From the NCBI RefSeq assembly GCF_000012345.1, contig NC_007205.1:240001-272000 (forward strand): a DNA stretch of 32,000 nt, in the 5' to 3' direction. The notes under the pieces are model-generated. The model ran no database searches. It saw only the letters and a program-made list of their open reading frames with translations, and had not been told where the DNA came from. This document shows, piece by piece, positions 28,433 through 32,000 of this stretch (within the stretch, counting starts at the first letter, position 1; every line of letters begins with the position of its first letter). The DNA is from Candidatus Pelagibacter ubique HTCC1062 (lineage in GTDB: Bacteria; Pseudomonadota; Alphaproteobacteria; Pelagibacterales; Pelagibacteraceae). Made by a program: the position numbers and the translations under genes.

Positions 28433-29506
28433 TTATATCAGTTTTTCGTCTTCATAAACACAACATCTGTCAGCAGGAATATGTAGTTTTACACTATCAG
28501 AGGGTACTTCAATTTCTCTATTTATTTTAGATTTGATTGTAAGATTCCCAACTTTAGCCGTTAGCAATTTATAATTTCCAAGATCTTCTACTTTATCTAC
28601 AGTTGCAGCTAACACATTGTCTTTTTGATTTTCTGCTAATTTTATATATTCAGATCTTATTCCTAATTTAATATTTTTATCTTTTAACTTTGTTAGATCT
28701 GTTGTTGTTTTTATTAACGTATCATTAATCATAACACTATCATTAGATAATGCCTCTGTTTTAAACAAATTCATTGCTGGGGAACCTATAAAATATCCCA
28801 CAAAAGTTGTATTAGGTCTTTCAAATAATTCTTTGGGCGTTCCTGTCTGAACTACTTCACCTTCACTCATAACAATTATATTATCTGCAAAAGTCATCGC
28901 TTCGTTTTGATCGTGAGTTACATAAACTAAAGTTGTTTTGTATTGTTCATTTATTTCTTTAAGGTTTCTTCTTAATTTAAATTTTAAATCAGGATCTATA
29001 ACTGTTAAAGGTTCGTCCATTAAAACTGCAGCTACGTCTTCTCTTACAAGTCCTCTACCTAGTGAAATTAATTGTTTTTGATCAGCGGTAAGTTTTCTAG
29101 CAGGTAAATTTAAGAAAGATTTTAAATTTAATGTTTCTGCAACAGAATTAACTCTTTCTTCAACTATATCTTTGGAGAAGTCTCTACATCTAAGTGGAAA
29201 AGCTAGATTATCATATACTGTCATAGTATTGTAGATCACTGGAAATTGAAAAACTTGAGCAATATTTCTACTTTCAGTTTTAAGATCTGTAACATCTTTA
29301 TCGTCAAATAATATTTTGCCAGATGAAGGTCTTACTAGGCCTGATACAATATTTAACATTGTTGTTTTGCCACATCCAGATGGGCCTAAAATTGCATACC
29401 TCTTTCCATCTTCCCATGTCATAGAAAATGGATTTAACGCATAAGTCGGATTGGGATCATTTGGATTATATGAATGAGATATCTTATTTAAATTAATTTT
29501 AGACAT
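28433..29506 (-). CDS. ABC importer ATPase (MalK/UgpC-like, C-terminal TOBE-like domain) with a degenerate signature motif
   Basis: Walker A GPSGCGKT, Q-loop QVFQ, Walker B VLMDEP and H-loop VTHDQ are all canonical. The signature motif reads LTADQ (29078-29092) instead of LSGGQ. The ORF track starts at a TTG (29518). The ATG at 29506 (MSKINLNK...), preceded by GGGGGT, is the more likely start. Confidence 0.9.
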   Translation of the reverse strand: MSKINLNKISHSYNPNDPNPTYALNPFSMTWEDGKRYAILGPSGCGKTTMLNIVSGLVRPSSGKILFDDKDVTDLKTESRNIAQVFQFPVIYNTMTVYDNLAFPLRCRDFSKDIVEERVNSVAETLNLKSFLNLPARKLTADQKQLISLGRGLVREDVAAVLMDEPLTVIDPDLKFKLRRNLKEINEQYKTTLVYVTHDQNEAMTFADNIIVMSEGEVVQTGTPKELFERPNTTFVGYFIGSPAMNLFKTEALSNDSVMINDTLIKTTTDLTKLKDKNIKLGIRSEYIKLAENQKDNVLAATVDKVEDLGNYKLLTAKVGNLTIKSKINREIEVPSDSVKLHIPADRCCVYEDEKLI

Positions 29507-30578
29507 TACTACCCCCAAATGGAGATGAAGCTAAATTTCCAGTTTCATCAAACGCGTAAGCTTTATTTGATTTAAAATTAATTTTAACTTTATCACGGAT
29601 TTTAAAATCCATAACTTCCTCTATACTTGTTATAATTTTTGCATTTCCTCTAGTAAGATGGAGTAAAGTTTCTGAGCCGCTAATTTCTGCAAGTTCAACT
29701 TCAAACTCAAAACCATTATCATTTAATTCGACATCTGATGCTCTTATACCAAAATTAAAACTCTCACTTTCTATTTTAGATAAATGATCTGGAATATCTA
29801 TTTCAATATCTTCAAATTTTATTTTATTAGAATTTATATCAGCTTTTAAAATATTCATTGGTGGGTCATTTGAAATAGCCGCAACTTTTAAATTTTTAGG
29901 ATTTTCAAATATTTCTTTTGCAGCGCCCACTTGGAGTACTCTACCCTCATCAAGAACAATGACTTCACCATTAAGTTCCATTGCCTCTCTAGGATCTGTT
30001 GTTGAAAAAATTACAATACTCTCTTCTGATAGGCCATTAATGAATATGTTTTTAAACTCTTCACGCAACTGCTCTCTTAACTTGTAATCTAAATTTACTA
30101 ATGGTTCATCCAGTAGTAAAATCTTTGCATTTTTTACAAGTGATCTTGCAACTGAAACCCTTTGTTGTTGACCGCCAGATAATTCTTGGATTTTTCTTTT
30201 TTCATAACCCTCTAATCCTACTAATTTTAAGGATTTAAAAACTTCATCTTTAATCTTTTGAGGATCTAAACGTCTTTGCTTTAAAGGAAATGCAATATTT
30301 TCAAAAACATTTAGGTGAGGATAATTAATGAATTGTTGATAAACCATAGCAATATTTCTTTCCCAGACTGGCACCTCTAAAAAATTTTTATCTTCAAATT
30401 TAATTGTTCCACTATCTGGCATAAGTAATCCAGCTATTGTTTTTAATAGAGTCGTTTTCCCAGAAAGTGTTCTTCCTAGAATTGTGTAGAGTTTACCTTT
30501 TTCAAAATTAAAAGATATTTTTCTTAACTGTAATTCCTCAGTTAATTTGTATGATATATTTTCTCCAACTAAGTTCAT
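29499..30578 (-). CDS. Second ABC importer ATPase (MalK-like) lacking the H-loop histidine
   Basis: Walker A GRTLSGKT (fits GxxxxGKT but is atypical), Q-loop MVYQQ, canonical signature LSGGQ and Walker B LLLDEP. The H-loop position reads STTDP, with Thr (codon at 29997-29999) where His is expected. Confidence 0.9.
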   Translation of the reverse strand: MNLVGENISYKLTEELQLRKISFNFEKGKLYTILGRTLSGKTTLLKTIAGLLMPDSGTIKFEDKNFLEVPVWERNIAMVYQQFINYPHLNVFENIAFPLKQRRLDPQKIKDEVFKSLKLVGLEGYEKRKIQELSGGQQQRVSVARSLVKNAKILLLDEPLVNLDYKLREQLREEFKNIFINGLSEESIVIFSTTDPREAMELNGEVIVLDEGRVLQVGAAKEIFENPKNLKVAAISNDPPMNILKADINSNKIKFEDIEIDIPDHLSKIESESFNFGIRASDVELNDNGFEFEVELAEISGSETLLHLTRGNAKIITSIEEVMDFKIRDKVKINFKSNKAYAFDETGNLASSPFGGSNV

Positions 30579-31426
30579 TATTTAATTGCTCCTGATAAAT
30601 TTCCTTTTGATAAGTATCTCTCAACAATAAATGCAACTATGATTAAAGGTGCAACAGAAACTAATGCTGAGGCGGATAAGCTCCACCATGGTGTGATTGA
30701 AGAATTTAGAGCTACTATTTTAACTGGCAATAATTGTACTTCTGTAAAGGTTAAAATGAATGCAAAAAAGAAGTCAATCCATCCAAATATTATACAAAAC
30801 ATTCCAGCAACAATTAACCCTGGTATTGAGTTTGGTAGAACTACTTTAAAAAATGCCTGATAAGGATTACATCCATCTATTAATGCAGTTTCATCTATTT
30901 CTCTTGGCACCTTATTAAAAAAATCAACCATTATCCAAACTGCTATCGGCATTAATAAAACAATATAAACAACTATCAGCCCAATTAGACTATCTAATAA
31001 ATTGACCGCTCCTAAAAATAAGAAGAAAGGTATTGATAAAACAATTGGTGGCATAATTCTTTGAGAAATAAAGAAGAATGTAATGTCATTATTTTTTATT
31101 GGACCAGCTTTAAACGTATATCTTGAGAGTGCATACGCTGATAAAGTTCCAAGGATTATGCTTATTAAACTTGCAGTACATGTTACAAACAAACTGTTAA
31201 AATAAGGTTCGACAATATCCACTCCACCTTGTGCTGGAGATTTAATTAAAACTCTCCACCCTTCTAAGTTTGGTTCAAAATCAACCCAAGGAATATAAGT
31301 AACTCCTCCATTTACTGAATTAAAATCTTTAAAAGAAGTTGTGAGCGCCCAAAGAAAAGGAGCCACAACAAATACTGTCCAAATCGTTATAAAAAAATAT
31401 TTTAAAAATGTATATAGTTTTCCCAT
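30578..31426 (-). CDS. ABC transporter permease (CUT1/MalG-like)
   Basis: 282 aa with 6 TM helices and an EAA-loop-like region (EIDETALIDGCNPYQAFFKVVLP). Confidence 0.9.
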   Translation of the reverse strand: MGKLYTFLKYFFITIWTVFVVAPFLWALTTSFKDFNSVNGGVTYIPWVDFEPNLEGWRVLIKSPAQGGVDIVEPYFNSLFVTCTASLISIILGTLSAYALSRYTFKAGPIKNNDITFFFISQRIMPPIVLSIPFFLFLGAVNLLDSLIGLIVVYIVLLMPIAVWIMVDFFNKVPREIDETALIDGCNPYQAFFKVVLPNSIPGLIVAGMFCIIFGWIDFFFAFILTFTEVQLLPVKIVALNSSITPWWSLSASALVSVAPLIIVAFIVERYLSKGNLSGAIK

Positions 31427-31428
31427 AT

Positions 31429-32000
31429 CTAATCTTTGAGTAATAATTTAGTTAATACTTTTGCTATAACAGTTAAGCTTATGATCATTATTATTAAATA
31501 TGTGAATGACATAGAGGCTGCATAGCCCATTTGAAACTCTCTCAATCCCTTAATAAAAATATAAAAACTTGAAGTCTCGGTTGAGGTTCCTGGACCACCA
31601 GAGGTTAACACATAAACTGTATCCATTATCTTTGAGGCTTCAATCAATCTAATAATAATTGCACCGATAGATATAGGTGCCATTAATGGAAATGTTACAT
31701 AGATAAATTTTCTGACTGGGCTAGCTCCATCAATCGCAGCTGCTAAAAATGGTTCCTTTGGAAGTGATAAAAGGCCTGCTAACAATAGTAAAAACATAAA
31801 AGGTGTCCACTGCCAAACCTCAACTATAATAACAGTAAATTTAGCTAAAGTGGGATCTGTGAGCCATTTTGGTGAAAGACCAAAGTTGCCCAGAATATCA
31901 TTTACAGGACCTAGAGATTCATGAAAAAAAGTTCTCCAAATAACAGTCATGATAACTGGTGTGGTCATCATAGGTATTAAAAATAATACTCTAAAAAACC
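31429..32000 (-). CDS. ABC transporter permease (CUT1/MalF-like); N-terminus lies beyond the window edge
   Basis: The ORF track starts at a Met at 31971, but the frame stays open to base 32000 (...FFRVLFLIPMMTTPV...). 180 aa would be too short for this family. EAA-loop-like PFLAAAIDGASPVRKFIYVTFP. Confidence 0.88.
   Translation of the reverse strand, partial: FFRVLFLIPMMTTPVIMTVIWRTFFHESLGPVNDILGNFGLSPKWLTDPTLAKFTVIIVEVWQWTPFMFLLLLAGLLSLPKEPFLAAAIDGASPVRKFIYVTFPLMAPISIGAIIIRLIEASKIMDTVYVLTSGGPGTSTETSSFYIFIKGLREFQMGYAASMSFTYLIIMIISLTVIAKVLTKLLLKD

Noticed and set aside
1-32000. Defence systems, prophage, toxin-antitoxin pairs, IS elements, tRNA or rRNA genes
   Set aside because: Every ORF above about 180 nt has a housekeeping, metabolic or transport assignment or is antisense noise. 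The four non-coding gaps above 50 nt (20190-20348, 22647-22704, 27067-27154, 28313-28432) show no tRNA-like or repeat-array structure.

Overview
This is a very AT-rich window (hand counts give about 28-30% GC in ordinary stretches) and it is almost entirely coding. It looks like a streamlined marine alphaproteobacterial chromosome. The 369-aa DmdA and its neighbours match my memory of Candidatus Pelagibacter ubique (SAR11), but I cannot verify that here. Bases 1-20189 carry 20 co-directional minus-strand genes with no gap larger than 26 nt: ffh, rpsP, trmD, rplS, leuC, leuD, leuB, dmdC, dmdB, an alpha/beta hydrolase, dmdA, asd, sdhC, sdhD, sdhA, sdhB, mmsA, mdh, sucC and sucD (cut by the window edge). 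A 159-nt GC-enriched, hairpin-rich spacer separates ffh from the plus-strand pair dapF-ftsY. Bases 22083-32000 form a second minus-strand block. It holds a CUT1-type ABC importer (two permeases, two different ATPases), a TRAP transporter (dctP, a hairpin, dctQ, dctM), an amidase-signature enzyme, a 59-aa two-helix ORF that falls below the ORF-track cutoff, an EamA/DMT transporter and an orphan secreted protein. I found no tRNA, rRNA, CRISPR array, IS element, integrase or recognisable defence system. Six observations seem most worth following up. (1) The two ABC ATPases carry complementary motif degeneracies that fall in the same composite ATP site. (2) The small ORF is unlisted. (3) The TRAP-amidase-sORF-EamA genes form a tight module. 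(4) The ffh/dapF spacer is structured. (5) rpsP contains a perfect 4 x 48-bp tandem repeat, and rimM is missing from the rpsP-trmD junction. (6) An unassigned hydrolase is translationally coupled inside the DMSP demethylation cluster.
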